This document shows positions 20,081-31,420 of a stretch of DNA of 64,000 nucleotides, in pieces. The notes under the pieces were generated by a model. It was not told where the DNA came from. It saw nothing but the letters and a program-made list of their open reading frames with translations, and did no database searches. Source of the stretch: an uncultured Clostridium sp. (GTDB taxonomy: Bacteria > Bacillota > Clostridia > TANB77 > CAG-508); contig CABUKD010000004.1 in the NCBI GenBank assembly GCA_902492105.1, forward strand, positions 4,301 to 68,300, given 5' to 3'. Position numbers and translations under genes: made by a program. The first letter of the stretch is position 1. Each line of letters opens with the position of its first letter.

Positions 20081-20290
20081 GAAGCTGACCTAAAATATCA
20101 TAATATATAACTAAAGTATAATAATTGTCTTTTTCGATTTTTAAAACCTTTCCCCTTTTGGACATCTGTAACTCGGCATAAATGCCGTAAGCAGCTGTCA
20201 CAATGGTCGCCCACGCAAGGCTTAAAAATCTCAAAAGACAATTATTATACTTTTATTAAAATAGATTTAATTTAATTTTAGGTCAGCTTC
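20081..20290. repeat. Foldback element copy 2: outer IR GAAGCTGACCTAAAA/TTTTAGGTCAGCTTC, inner 18-bp IR 20115-20132/20234-20251, 101-bp core inverted relative to copy 1
   Basis: Left arm is about 30/34 identical to copy 1 in the same orientation. The core matches the reverse complement of copy 1's core except for one about 6-nt patch. Confidence 0.85.
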
Positions 20291-20310
20291 TTTATTATAT
20301 ATTGTGTAAA

Positions 20311-20342
20311 AAAGGAATCCCAAAAACAGGATTCCTTTTGTA
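20311..20342. terminator. Bidirectional rho-independent terminator
   Basis: AAAAAGGAATCC-CAAAAACA-GGATTCCTTTTGT. Confidence 0.6.
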
Positions 20343-20364
20343 AATTATATATTTAACTTGTTTA

Positions 20365-21147
20365 TTATTCTATAATGGTATAGCCTACTAAATCTGGTTT
20401 TTCTACATCTTCGTCCGTTATGGTATTAATTTTCCAATCTGTATATTCTACTATTAAAGGCATTGTAATTCCGTTATCTATTGTACTGCCTTCCTCTGCT
20501 TTTACTTTTATACCAGTTTCTTTATTAACCCATAGTTTTCCATCTTGAAAACGATTAATTACATAGCAATCTTGTCCATTTACATTTTCAGAAGAGATAA
20601 AGCTTGTTAGAGCTAAGTAAAGTATGTTGTCTCTCCATCCTTGTAAAATTTCTGTAGAGAATGGATTATTTATAGTTATAACGTGAGTGCTATAACTTAC
20701 TCGTTGTACTTCTGGAAAGGCTGATATCATTTCATCTGTGTCCGTGTTAACCCACGCTATTAATTTTTCTGTGCCATCTGTGGTGTAAGTCATTTTATAG
20801 ATATTGTCTTTTACAGCAAGCTTGGTTGTTTCTCCTGTGTTTTGTGAAATTGTGTAGGCATAATTTTGCATATTCTCATATTGTGACATTTTTTCTAAAA
20901 TATCGCTCATAATGAGATAATTTCTAGTCCAGTTTAAGGCTACTGCAAGTAAGATAATAAAGATTAGAATAAATACTACTTTTAGTGCTGTTTTTCCCTT
21001 ACTTGGTTCTTTTTCTTTGACTTTTTTTGTTTCTGGTTTCTCGTTTTTTTCTTTTTTTGGCTTACTATCTTGCTGTTTCATTTTTTCTTTCTTCTTAGTT
21101 TCTTCTTGTTTTGCTTGTTCTACTTTTTTAATTTCTTTCTCTTCCAT
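20365..21147 (-). CDS. Hypothetical membrane-anchored protein (Lys/Glu-rich N-terminus, one TM segment)
   Basis: 260-aa ORF with TM segment ALKVVFILIFIILLAVAL. No family recognised. Confidence 0.5.
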   Translation of the reverse strand: MEEKEIKKVEQAKQEETKKKEKMKQQDSKPKKEKNEKPETKKVKEKEPSKGKTALKVVFILIFIILLAVALNWTRNYLIMSDILEKMSQYENMQNYAYTISQNTGETTKLAVKDNIYKMTYTTDGTEKLIAWVNTDTDEMISAFPEVQRVSYSTHVITINNPFSTEILQGWRDNILYLALTSFISSENVNGQDCYVINRFQDGKLWVNKETGIKVKAEEGSTIDNGITMPLIVEYTDWKINTITDEDVEKPDLVGYTIIE

Positions 21148-21253
21148 ATTTTTTCTTCCTTTCTTTGGTATTTATCATAAGCATAATAAAAAGTTTGTGT
21201 TGTGTCAAGAGATTTTTTATAATTTGTACACGCAATCCGTTTGTTGTTCAGTG

Positions 21254-22802
<1,549 letters not shown>

Positions 22803-23005
22803 TTTTATTTTCTCCTTTCTCATTTGTTTCTTATTGTTTATTTTTTTAATGCTTGAATTGGTTTTTATTTAAACCATTTTTATTTTATACTAACTAATTT
22901 TAAATTACAAGTATTTTTCAATTTTTTTAGTACAAATTGCATTTACTTCACAAAATTGCTTTTTCCTTTTCTCTTGACATTATTAAATAAGCAAGTTTCT
23001 AGCTT

Positions 23006-24664
23006 TCATGCCTTATTTTCGTTTTCTACTTCTGGTTCTTCTTTATATATTCTTAATTTTACTAATAGTGCATATAGTTTTGTTCCAAATGGAATCATCA
23101 TCATATCTTCCTTTTTCAAAATTTTGAAAAGGATTATAAGAATACCATAAATAATAGCTCCTAAAATAATAGAGATAATTGTACTAAGATTTGGAGAAAT
23201 AATACTACTTAAACCTTGATTAATAAAGTAAGTAGCAATTCCCATAATAGTTGCTGCACCTATTGGTGCTATCACCATTCTGCCTACTTTAAACTGCAAT
23301 TTGATATTTTTTCTTAGTACCGTAAAAGTAATTAAAAAAGCAACAAATTGACATACTATAGAGCTAATACCTGCTCCCATAATTTCTATATTTGGATTAC
23401 TGATTAAAATAATATTTAATACAAATTTAATGACTGCCCCTATTCCCAGAGCAATTGCTGCTACATAAGTTTTATTTAATCCATATAATCCTCCATTAAT
23501 GGTTTGATTTAATGCAATAAATATCATTGGAATGGAGAATATCATTAACACTTCTGCACCATCATTTGCAGATGGATAAATTAAGTTCAAAATTGGTTGT
23601 GCTAAAGCCATAAATCCTGCCGCACATGGTAGAACAATTAAAAGAGAGGCAAACATAGAAAATGTCATCCTCTTAGAGGCCGTTTGTTTATCCTTTTTAG
23701 CTAAGGCCGCTGAAATAGCAGGGGTAAGTGCTGTTGAAAATGCTACATTAATGGCAGTAGGTAAGTTTACCAAAGTATCTACTTTAGATAAAATACCAGT
23801 TTTGCTCATAGCAAAAGCTTCTAGTTCTTCTTTAATTGGATACATACTAGCAAACGCTGTTTGAATACAATTACTTACTGTACTAGTATCAATTAATGGA
23901 TTAACTACTGATATGACAGAGCTAATGGTAACTGGAATAGAAATTACTAATATTTTCTTTAATAATTGTCCTGCTGTTAAATTTTCTTCTGGTGATGGTT
24001 CTTTTTGTTCTACTTTTAATTTTTTACGCTTGTAATAAATAATTAAATAAACAAAAGTTAGTAATATAGCAAGTGTAGTAGATAAATTTCCACCTGCAGC
24101 CATAATATATGGTTCTTTTCCAATTAAAGCATATACAAAAGTAATAGATAATACACAGTTTAAAAACTGTTCAATAATTTGAGAATAGCTTGTAGGTTTC
24201 ATATCATTTAAGCCTGCAAAATATCCTCTAAATGTTGCAGAAGCTGCCACAAATGCAATAGCAGGTGCTAACACTTGCATAACATACTTGGTGTCTGGTA
24301 CATTAAATATAGCTGTTGCAATATATTCTGCTCCAAAGAATAATCCTATTGAAAAAATAGTACCTAGTCCAACAAAAAATGTCATACAAATTCTAAAAAT
24401 TCTTTGTGCACCTTTTTCATCTCCTATCGCAACTCTTTCTGATACTAATTTAGAAATAACACTTGGAATACCAATAGAAGATAAAGCAAGTAATACAGAG
24501 TAAATCTGATATCCTGCAGAATAATATCCAAGCCCTGTATCTCCAAATCCTTCAAAATTGGTAATTACAAATTTATAAATAAGTCCTAATACTTTTACCA
24601 TAATCTGGGCAAACATCAGGATTAAAACATTCTTCATAAAAGATGTTCCCTTTTTTGACATCAC
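23006..24664 (-). CDS. MOP-superfamily flippase (SpoVB / polysaccharide biosynthesis protein type)
   Basis: 552 aa, about 14 TM segments, with the typical N-terminus ...ILMFAQIMVKVLGLIYKFVITN.... Confidence 0.75.
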   Translation of the reverse strand: MMSKKGTSFMKNVLILMFAQIMVKVLGLIYKFVITNFEGFGDTGLGYYSAGYQIYSVLLALSSIGIPSVISKLVSERVAIGDEKGAQRIFRICMTFFVGLGTIFSIGLFFGAEYIATAIFNVPDTKYVMQVLAPAIAFVAASATFRGYFAGLNDMKPTSYSQIIEQFLNCVLSITFVYALIGKEPYIMAAGGNLSTTLAILLTFVYLIIYYKRKKLKVEQKEPSPEENLTAGQLLKKILVISIPVTISSVISVVNPLIDTSTVSNCIQTAFASMYPIKEELEAFAMSKTGILSKVDTLVNLPTAINVAFSTALTPAISAALAKKDKQTASKRMTFSMFASLLIVLPCAAGFMALAQPILNLIYPSANDGAEVLMIFSIPMIFIALNQTINGGLYGLNKTYVAAIALGIGAVIKFVLNIILISNPNIEIMGAGISSIVCQFVAFLITFTVLRKNIKLQFKVGRMVIAPIGAATIMGIATYFINQGLSSIISPNLSTIISIILGAIIYGILIILFKILKKEDMMMIPFGTKLYALLVKLRIYKEEPEVENENKA

Positions 24665-24680
24665 TTTCTCCTTTCTTTCT

Positions 24681-24727
24681 GGGACGGGGGAAAGTTACCC
24701 TATTTAGGGTAACTTGGGACACTTCAG
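24681..24727 (-). repeat. GTCCC-family repeat, type A copy 4 (inverted)
   Basis: GGGACGGGGGAAAGTTACCC-TATTT-AGGGTAACTTGGGACACTTCAG, about 16 nt upstream of the flippase ATG and abutting its Shine-Dalgarno. Confidence 0.8.
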
Positions 24728-24819
24728 TTAAAAATTTTATCTTAATATTATTATAAAAGTTAGAAAATATATTAGGATAAACATTTTATAATATAGTAAG
24801 ACAAATATTTTAAGTATAA

Positions 24820-24908
24820 GGAGTGTCCCTTTTGGTTGATTTTCAGCCAGAAAGGAACGTCCCCAATGGCTGATTTTCGACCAAAAAGGAACGTCCCTAA
24901 TGGCTGAA
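24820..24908 (+). repeat. GTCCC-family repeat, type B copy 2, with internal partial duplication
   Basis: GGAGTGTCCCTTTTGGTTGATTTTCAGCCAGAAAGGAACGTCCCCAATGGCTGA, followed by a second ...AAAGGAACGTCCCTAATGGCTGA. The last unit encodes the final codons (FSH) and the TAG stop of ORF 24897-25955. Confidence 0.8.
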
Positions 24909-25955
24909 ATTAAATTTAGGCATCATTCCTATTTTGTTTGGTGTGTGGACTGGTAATTGATAAATATCATGTCCTGGAAATTCGTTAGCTTCTACAAATA
25001 GTGGTCCATTTGGTGTAAAGGCAACATCCCAGCCTACATATCCCATTTCTGGTATTTCTTGACATGCTTTTTTGCAAAGTTCTATTGCTTCATTCCAATA
25101 AGGGAATTGAAAGCCTTTTATTTTTTCTCCTGTTTGTGGATGGTTTTCATATACATTTTTTTGTTTATCAATTGCTACTTGTGTTACAATTCCTGTTTTT
25201 TCATCTACTGGTGCTGCCATTCCTCCACTATTAAAATTGTCTACAAATTTGCCACCATTTCCTATTCTAAAATAAGCACAAATAATATGTGGTTCTAGTT
25301 CTGCATTTTTTCTTTCTTCTTTTGGTAAAGATAACAAAGATTTTCCATCTTTTGTGGTTACTACTGTAACAATGCGAACCGTATTAATAGAATTTGGATA
25401 AATTTTGGCAACCTCTGGATGTTGCTTAATTACTTCTTCTAGTTCAAAATTATTTCCTTCTTTGCTTAAATATTGGTATAATTCTTCTAAAGAAGAGTAA
25501 TCTTTCGTAGAAATTTTTTCAATTCCTTTGCCACATCCACCATCTATTGGTTTTGCCATAAATTCTCCATGTTTTTTCAAAAATTCCATTACCTGGTCTT
25601 TAGGTGTTCCATTTACCTTAATCCAATCTCTTTTTAGATATTTATTAAAAATAGTATTAAATTCGTCTTTATTTTTAAAATAATGTAAGGTATCTAAATC
25701 ACAGTATTTTGTTACTAAATTGTTATTTCTTCCTCTTGTTAAATAGGTATCTCTTTGCTCGTCTGTTAAGTTGTACATTTCAAATAGGTCATAGTCCATG
25801 TAACCTGCACCATAACGTCTTGCGCATTTTTGCATATCTAAAAATATTTTGAATTTGGACATTCCTGTTTTTTGATGAATGGAATTTATTTTTTCCATCA
25901 TTGCTTTTTTATCCATTCCTTTTAATCTTTTTAAAATGTAGATAATATTTCCCAC
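24897..25955 (-). CDS. ATP-grasp protein (sugar-transfer-associated ATP-grasp type)
   Basis: 352 aa. N-terminal ...FLDMQKCARRYGAGYMDYDLFEMY... and C-terminal ...GWDVAFTPNGPLFVEANEFPG... resemble the ATPgrasp_ST family. Confidence 0.6.
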   Translation of the reverse strand: MGNIIYILKRLKGMDKKAMMEKINSIHQKTGMSKFKIFLDMQKCARRYGAGYMDYDLFEMYNLTDEQRDTYLTRGRNNNLVTKYCDLDTLHYFKNKDEFNTIFNKYLKRDWIKVNGTPKDQVMEFLKKHGEFMAKPIDGGCGKGIEKISTKDYSSLEELYQYLSKEGNNFELEEVIKQHPEVAKIYPNSINTVRIVTVVTTKDGKSLLSLPKEERKNAELEPHIICAYFRIGNGGKFVDNFNSGGMAAPVDEKTGIVTQVAIDKQKNVYENHPQTGEKIKGFQFPYWNEAIELCKKACQEIPEMGYVGWDVAFTPNGPLFVEANEFPGHDIYQLPVHTPNKIGMMPKFNFSH

Positions 25956-26182
25956 CGCTTTTTCTCCTTTTTTCTCTTTATAGGATTCTAATTTCTATAA
26001 GAAAAGGCTTATTCTATAAAAAGAATCTTTCCATATCATCTCAAATATTCAAGTACTTAATTTTTTAGCTCTTTTCTTACAAAAAATAGTATATAATCAT
26101 TTTTACTGATTATATACTATTCTTTATATTCTTTTCAAGTATTCTATTTGTTTTCTTTAAAAAGTTTGTATAAGCTGACCAA

Positions 26183-26243
26183 ATAAGCCCATCTCTAATT
26201 GTCCATAAACTGTACCAGATAAGCCCGTCCCCAATTGTCCACT
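26183..26243 (+). repeat. GTCCC-family repeat, type C-like, two tandem units
   Basis: ATAAGCCCATCTCTAATTGTCCAT ... ATAAGCCCGTCCCCAATTGTCCAC, directly 3' of the glyQS stop. Confidence 0.6.
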
Positions 26244-27627
26244 AAAAGCTTATTTTTTCTTCTATATAGTCTTCTAATTCATCAATTTTTACTCTTACTT
26301 GTTCCATGGTGTCTCTATCACGAACTGTTACGCAGTTGTCTTCTAGAGTGTCAAAATCTATGGTTACACAATACGGTGTTCCAATTTCATCTTCTCTTCT
26401 ATAACGTTTTCCAATGCTTCCTGCTTCGTCATAATCACACATAAATTTTTTAGATAAGTTAGTATATACTTCTTCTGCTTTTTCGCTTAGCTTCTTAGAT
26501 AATGGAAGAACTGCTACTTTATATGGTGCTAGTGCTGGGTGCAAATGCAATATTACTCTTGTATCTCCTTCTGCAATTGTTTCTTCTTCATAACTGTTAC
26601 ATAAGAAAGCTAAAGCAACACGGTCACATCCTAAAGATGGTTCAATACAATATGGTATAAATTTTTCTCCGGTTTCTTGGTCTAGATAATTAAAATCTTC
26701 ATTAGAATATTGCATATGTTGTTTCAAGTCATAATCTGTTCTATCTGCAACTCCCCATAGTTCTCCCCAACCAAATGGGAATAAAAATTCAATATCTGTT
26801 GTTGCTACACTATAAAAACATAATTCTTCTTTACTATGATCTCTTAACCTTATGTTTTCTTCTTTTATTCCTAAACCTAAAAGCCAATCTCTGCAGAAGC
26901 CTCTCCAATATTCAAACCACTCCATATCTGTTCCTGGCTTGCAGAAAAATTCTAATTCCATTTGTTCAAATTCACGAGTTCTAAAGGTAAAGTTTCCTGG
27001 AGTAATTTCATTTCTAAAAGATTTCCCAATTTGTGCAATTCCCATTGGCAATTTTCTTCTAGTTGTACGAAGTACATTTTTAAAGTTAACAAAAATACCT
27101 TGTGCAGTTTCTGGTCTTAAGTATAATTCTGATGTAGTATCTTCTGTTACACCTTGGAATGTTTTGAACATTAAATTAAATTTTCTAATAGGTGTAAAAT
27201 CTTCTTTTCCGCAGTTTGGGCATGTGATATGATTTTTTTTGATAAATGATACCATTTCTTCGTCACTCATCCCATCTGCTACCATGTCTTTTCCATTTTC
27301 ATGTGCCCATTCTTCAATTAGTTTGTCAGCTCTATGTCTTGTTTTACAGCTTTTACAATCAATTAAAGGATCACTAAAACCTCCTACATGACCAGAAGCT
27401 ACCCATGTTTTAGGATTCATTAGAATAGCTGCATCTAACCCTACATTGTATTTACTTTCTTGTACAAATTTTTTCATCCATAGTTTTTTAATATTATTTT
27501 TTAGTTCTACACCTAATGGTCCATAATCCCATGAATTGGCAAGACCTCCATAAATTTCTGAACCTGGATAAATATATCCCCTTGTTTTGCATAAGTTTAC
27601 TAACTTTTCCATTGTTAAATCTGACAT
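26242..27627 (-). CDS. glyQS: Glycine--tRNA ligase (alpha2 type)
   Basis: 461 aa; ...[24 protein letters not shown]...[25 protein letters not shown]... Confidence 0.95.
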   Translation of the reverse strand: MSDLTMEKLVNLCKTRGYIYPGSEIYGGLANSWDYGPLGVELKNNIKKLWMKKFVQESKYNVGLDAAILMNPKTWVASGHVGGFSDPLIDCKSCKTRHRADKLIEEWAHENGKDMVADGMSDEEMVSFIKKNHITCPNCGKEDFTPIRKFNLMFKTFQGVTEDTTSELYLRPETAQGIFVNFKNVLRTTRRKLPMGIAQIGKSFRNEITPGNFTFRTREFEQMELEFFCKPGTDMEWFEYWRGFCRDWLLGLGIKEENIRLRDHSKEELCFYSVATTDIEFLFPFGWGELWGVADRTDYDLKQHMQYSNEDFNYLDQETGEKFIPYCIEPSLGCDRVALAFLCNSYEEETIAEGDTRVILHLHPALAPYKVAVLPLSKKLSEKAEEVYTNLSKKFMCDYDEAGSIGKRYRREDEIGTPYCVTIDFDTLEDNCVTVRDRDTMEQVRVKIDELEDYIEEKISF

Positions 27628-27644
27628 AAAAAATTCCTCCTTTT

Positions 27645-27870
27645 TCTATTTTATAACTAGAATTTAAAAGTCTATCAAAAAAACACTTTCTCCTCTAGCT
27701 ATTATAAGCTAGGGACGAAAGTGTTATATTCCGCGGTTCCACCCTATTTGATTAATTACTTTTTAATTAATCCACTTTATTTTTTGAATGCTCCAAAGCT
27801 CCACCATATAGTTTTTAAGGTTGGCTTCCACCTTTTCCAACTCTCTTTTACTTAAAATGCTATACTTCTT
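27645..27870 (-). promoter_or_regulatory. T-box leader (tRNA-Gly-responsive) of glyQS
   Basis: The minus strand reads ...AGAGAGTTGG... (AG box), ...AATAGGGTGGAACCGCGG (T-box), then the terminator CACTTTCGTCCCTAGC-TTATAAT-AGCTAGAGGAGAAAGTG plus a T7 run. 5' end approximate. Confidence 0.8.
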
Positions 27871-27998
27871 CTTTTTCACTGCATTTATTCATATGCTATA
27901 TCTTACTATTTTTTTCCAAAAAAGTCAAGTTATTTTACTGCTTTTTGTCATTCGGTTAATTCTTTTTTACCCATCTTATTGTTTTCATTATATTATAG

Positions 27999-28712
27999 TT
28001 ATTTTATCACCTTCATTGCCTCATCTGTAATTTTATTTTTATCAAATTTTCTCATAATAAGTACTATAATTGCTACAATTAAAAAAGTAACCCCATAAAT
28101 TAGTAAACTAAAATGCCAATTTCCTGCTAATAAATTTTGTCCTGCTAAAGTAGATGAAACAACAGATGGTAATCTTGCTATAGTAGAAATAATAATAAAG
28201 TTTAATGGTTTAATTGGAAGTAGTGCTGCTATATAGGTAAATAAATCTTTTGGTGTTCCTGGTATAAAAAATAAAATAAAAATAATAAAAGAAATGGTGC
28301 TTGGATTTTGAAATACCTTGCTATTTTCAATTTTTTCTATCTTTTTAGGGTCTACAAATTCATAAATAAATTTTCTTCCTAATTTATGAACTAATAAATA
28401 AATAAATGCTGTAATAATCATAGCTGATACCATAATAAATACTGTTCCCCATAGTCCACCATAACAAATTCCTGCTAATATTTCAATTGGTTCTCCTGGT
28501 ATAATAAATAAAAAGATTTGAGCAAATTGCAAGCCGAATAACATAAGTATACCTAAAAATCCAGAACTGTTTATCTTTTCTTGAAAAGCTTGTTGTCCTT
28601 CTGGAGTAGATAAATTTTGAATAAGAGGAATTAAGTAAATTGTAATTCCTATCATAATGGCAACTACCATACATAATAAAACTATTTTAAATATTTTTGT
28701 TTTCTTTTTCAT
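27999..28712 (-). CDS. TVP38/TMEM64 (DedA-related) family membrane protein
   Basis: 237 aa, multi-TM, ...FIIPGEPIEILAG... motif. Confidence 0.7.
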   Translation of the reverse strand: MKKKTKIFKIVLLCMVVAIMIGITIYLIPLIQNLSTPEGQQAFQEKINSSGFLGILMLFGLQFAQIFLFIIPGEPIEILAGICYGGLWGTVFIMVSAMIITAFIYLLVHKLGRKFIYEFVDPKKIEKIENSKVFQNPSTISFIIFILFFIPGTPKDLFTYIAALLPIKPLNFIIISTIARLPSVVSSTLAGQNLLAGNWHFSLLIYGVTFLIVAIIVLIMRKFDKNKITDEAMKVIK

Positions 28713-28885
28713 AACTTTCTCTCTTTCTTTATTTTATACCATTTATATTATATCTCATTTTGAGCCAATTTAAAAGTTATTTGTTAAAGTTTCATAATTT
28801 CTTAAGAAACTAATGAGAGTACTACTTAAGGAAAAGAGAGGAATTTTTAAACTCCTCTCTTTTGATTTACTATTGAATTTTTATG

Positions 28886-31324
28886 TTATTCTTCCACAAA
28901 GTTTACTGTAGCTTTAGCTGAATCTGGCATAGTATTACCTGCAGTATAATCAGCATAATAATATCCTACACGATTAGCACCAGTTCCAGTTCCCTCAATG
29001 GTATTAACCACATTACCATCTGTTCCTACTAAATTTTTAACATTTATTGTATATTTTGCAAAGTATGTATCTGCATGTGCAGGTGCCTTACTTCCAACAG
29101 CTTGGAAACATATAAATCCTCCCCAACCATCATTTGAACCATCTAAAACTGTATTATCATAAATGTTAAAAGTTGCACTAGTATTAAAATAATTTGATAA
29201 TCTTAATGCATTTCCAGAATAAGCAAATGTATTATTTTCAATGGTAATTGTTGCTCCATCTTCTATGTTAAACATGCTAATAACATTATTACCTGCTTTT
29301 GAGTTAAATACATTATTTCTAATAATTGTTCCATCTTTTACGGCCTTGTTTTGTGCTTGGCTAAATTCGATAAGATTATAAATACCAGTTAAGTCATCTG
29401 TTCCTGTTCCAAACGTATTATTTTCAATAACTATTTTTTCAGGAGTAGCAATGTTAATAAGATTATATGCTGTTCCTGTAACTTTAGAAATTGTTGAATT
29501 TGTTAGAGTAAATGGGCCATCTGAATTTACTTTAATTAAAGAAACTCCTGAAGGTTTGGAATTACTATATCCTGTATCAAATCCGGTCATTTCTACTTCA
29601 TCTAAAACAACATTTTCACCAGTAACTGTTACTGTATTATTTAGTTTAACATCTTGTATCTTTACTTCATTTCCAGTAATGTTTAATTTAGACTTTATTG
29701 TTGCGCCATTACCATTAATTGTTATTTTCTTGTCAAGTGTAAGAGTTTCTTCTTCAGTTTCAATTACAACATCTTTGGTTAATTCAACAGTATCTATATC
29801 TTCATTTGTAAGAGCTTCTAGTAATTCATCTGATGATTCAATTATTCCTGTAGTTGCATACTTTTCATCTGAATAATAATACGTTTGCTCTTTATTATTT
29901 GTTTCAGTTGTTGCATAATATTCTTCAATTCCACTTCCAGTAACTGTTCCTTGGTCTTTTTCTATCCAAATTATTGGTACTGTTCTTTCTTCATTATCCA
30001 TTACAATTGTTCCATTTACAGTTAATTGGCTATTTTCTAGTCCTTCTGCCACACCTTTAGATACTTCAATACCACCAAATACATTTCCAGATACATTAAT
30101 TGTTCCTCCTAATGTTACTTTTGATGCATTTACTAATAATCCTGCACTAGCTCCTGTAAATCCTAGGTCTTTTATTGTTGCTTCTGTATTATATACTTGT
30201 AGTACATAGTTATCTCCTGATCCTCCTGACCAGCTTCCTTCTTCTCCTACATAACTAATGATATTTCCATTTCCGTTGATAGTTACATCTCTACCTACTA
30301 CAATTACATGGTCTGTTTCATATTTATAATTGTCTCCTTTTAGCAAATTAATTACTTCTAGGTTTGTTTGTAATGCATGTTCTAATTCTGCTACACTTGT
30401 TACATTTGCTTCTGGCATTTCGTTAAAGTAAAATACTTGTCCTACTTTTACTCCTGTTACTTTTACTAAGTTTCCTCCTACTATGCAGTCATTTACTCCG
30501 TCTTCCCAAATTGTTGGATTTTCTAATACTTCTTCATGTTCTAATGTTGCATTTGTAATATCTAAACTTGGATTTTCTAGTCCTTCGCCTACTCCTTTAG
30601 ATACTTCAATTCCTCCAAATGCGTTTCCGTCTACATTAATGGTTTCTTCTAATACAACATCTGATGAATTTACTAATAATGCTGCATTTGCTCCTGTTAA
30701 TGTAATATCACTAATTGTTGCTTCTGTATTATATACTTTTACTACGTAATTTTCTGTATCTTTTCTCCATTCTCCACTTTCTCCTGTAAAGGTAATAGTT
30801 TCTCCATTTCCGTTAATTGTTACAGGTTTACTTACTAAAATGGAATGATCTGTCTCAAATTTATCTCCTGCAATTAAATTAATAGTTGTGATATCTGGAT
30901 TTGCTAAAGCTTCTTCTAATTCTGTTACATTTTTTACATTGGCTGTTGTAACAACATATTTTTCTAAATCTTTGTATTGAATGTCAAATTCAACGCCACT
31001 TAAGTCAACTGTTTCACCTGAGATTGCTTCAATCCAGTTTCCTTCTAAATCTCTAGAATATACTTTCATGTACTCTAAAGCATCTTGTCCTTCTACTCCT
31101 GTTGGTATATCTATTGTTCTAGCTGCATACATCATGATTTGAGTAGAAATATATGGTGTTTCTTCTGTAAATAAATGTGTACCAATGACATAAATTAATT
31201 CTTCACTATCTGTTTCAGCAATATTTTCATCTGTTGCTTGGAATGTTGCTGCATTTACAATTCCTGTTCCTGCTAAAACAAAAAGTAATAATACAATTAA
31301 AAAATACTTAATTTGTTTTTTCAT
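28886..31324 (-). CDS. Large secreted protein with triplicated right-handed beta-helix-like modules
   Basis: Signal peptide. Three similar modules (...INGNGETITFTGE...VYNTEATISDITLTGANAALLVNSS...INVDGNAFGGIEVSKG...). No sorting signal. Confidence 0.6.
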   Translation of the reverse strand: MKKQIKYFLIVLLLFVLAGTGIVNAATFQATDENIAETDSEELIYVIGTHLFTEETPYISTQIMMYAARTIDIPTGVEGQDALEYMKVYSRDLEGNWIEAISGETVDLSGVEFDIQYKDLEKYVVTTANVKNVTELEEALANPDITTINLIAGDKFETDHSILVSKPVTINGNGETITFTGESGEWRKDTENYVVKVYNTEATISDITLTGANAALLVNSSDVVLEETINVDGNAFGGIEVSKGVGEGLENPSLDITNATLEHEEVLENPTIWEDGVNDCIVGGNLVKVTGVKVGQVFYFNEMPEANVTSVAELEHALQTNLEVINLLKGDNYKYETDHVIVVGRDVTINGNGNIISYVGEEGSWSGGSGDNYVLQVYNTEATIKDLGFTGASAGLLVNASKVTLGGTINVSGNVFGGIEVSKGVAEGLENSQLTVNGTIVMDNEERTVPIIWIEKDQGTVTGSGIEEYYATTETNNKEQTYYYSDEKYATTGIIESSDELLEALTNEDIDTVELTKDVVIETEEETLTLDKKITINGNGATIKSKLNITGNEVKIQDVKLNNTVTVTGENVVLDEVEMTGFDTGYSNSKPSGVSLIKVNSDGPFTLTNSTISKVTGTAYNLINIATPEKIVIENNTFGTGTDDLTGIYNLIEFSQAQNKAVKDGTIIRNNVFNSKAGNNVISMFNIEDGATITIENNTFAYSGNALRLSNYFNTSATFNIYDNTVLDGSNDGWGGFICFQAVGSKAPAHADTYFAKYTINVKNLVGTDGNVVNTIEGTGTGANRVGYYYADYTAGNTMPDSAKATVNFVEE

Positions 31325-31420
31325 TTCTTACATCCTTATATCTTAGATTTACAATCAGTTTTTAAATTATTTACATTAAATAAATGATTGCATAAGAAAA
31401 CTTTAATGTAATATAGAAAA

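Noticed and set aside
27708-27716. GGGACGAAA in the glyQS leader as another GTCCC-family copy
   Set aside because: It is part of the T-box terminator stem and lacks the second GTCCC arm and flanking consensus. The match is coincidental.
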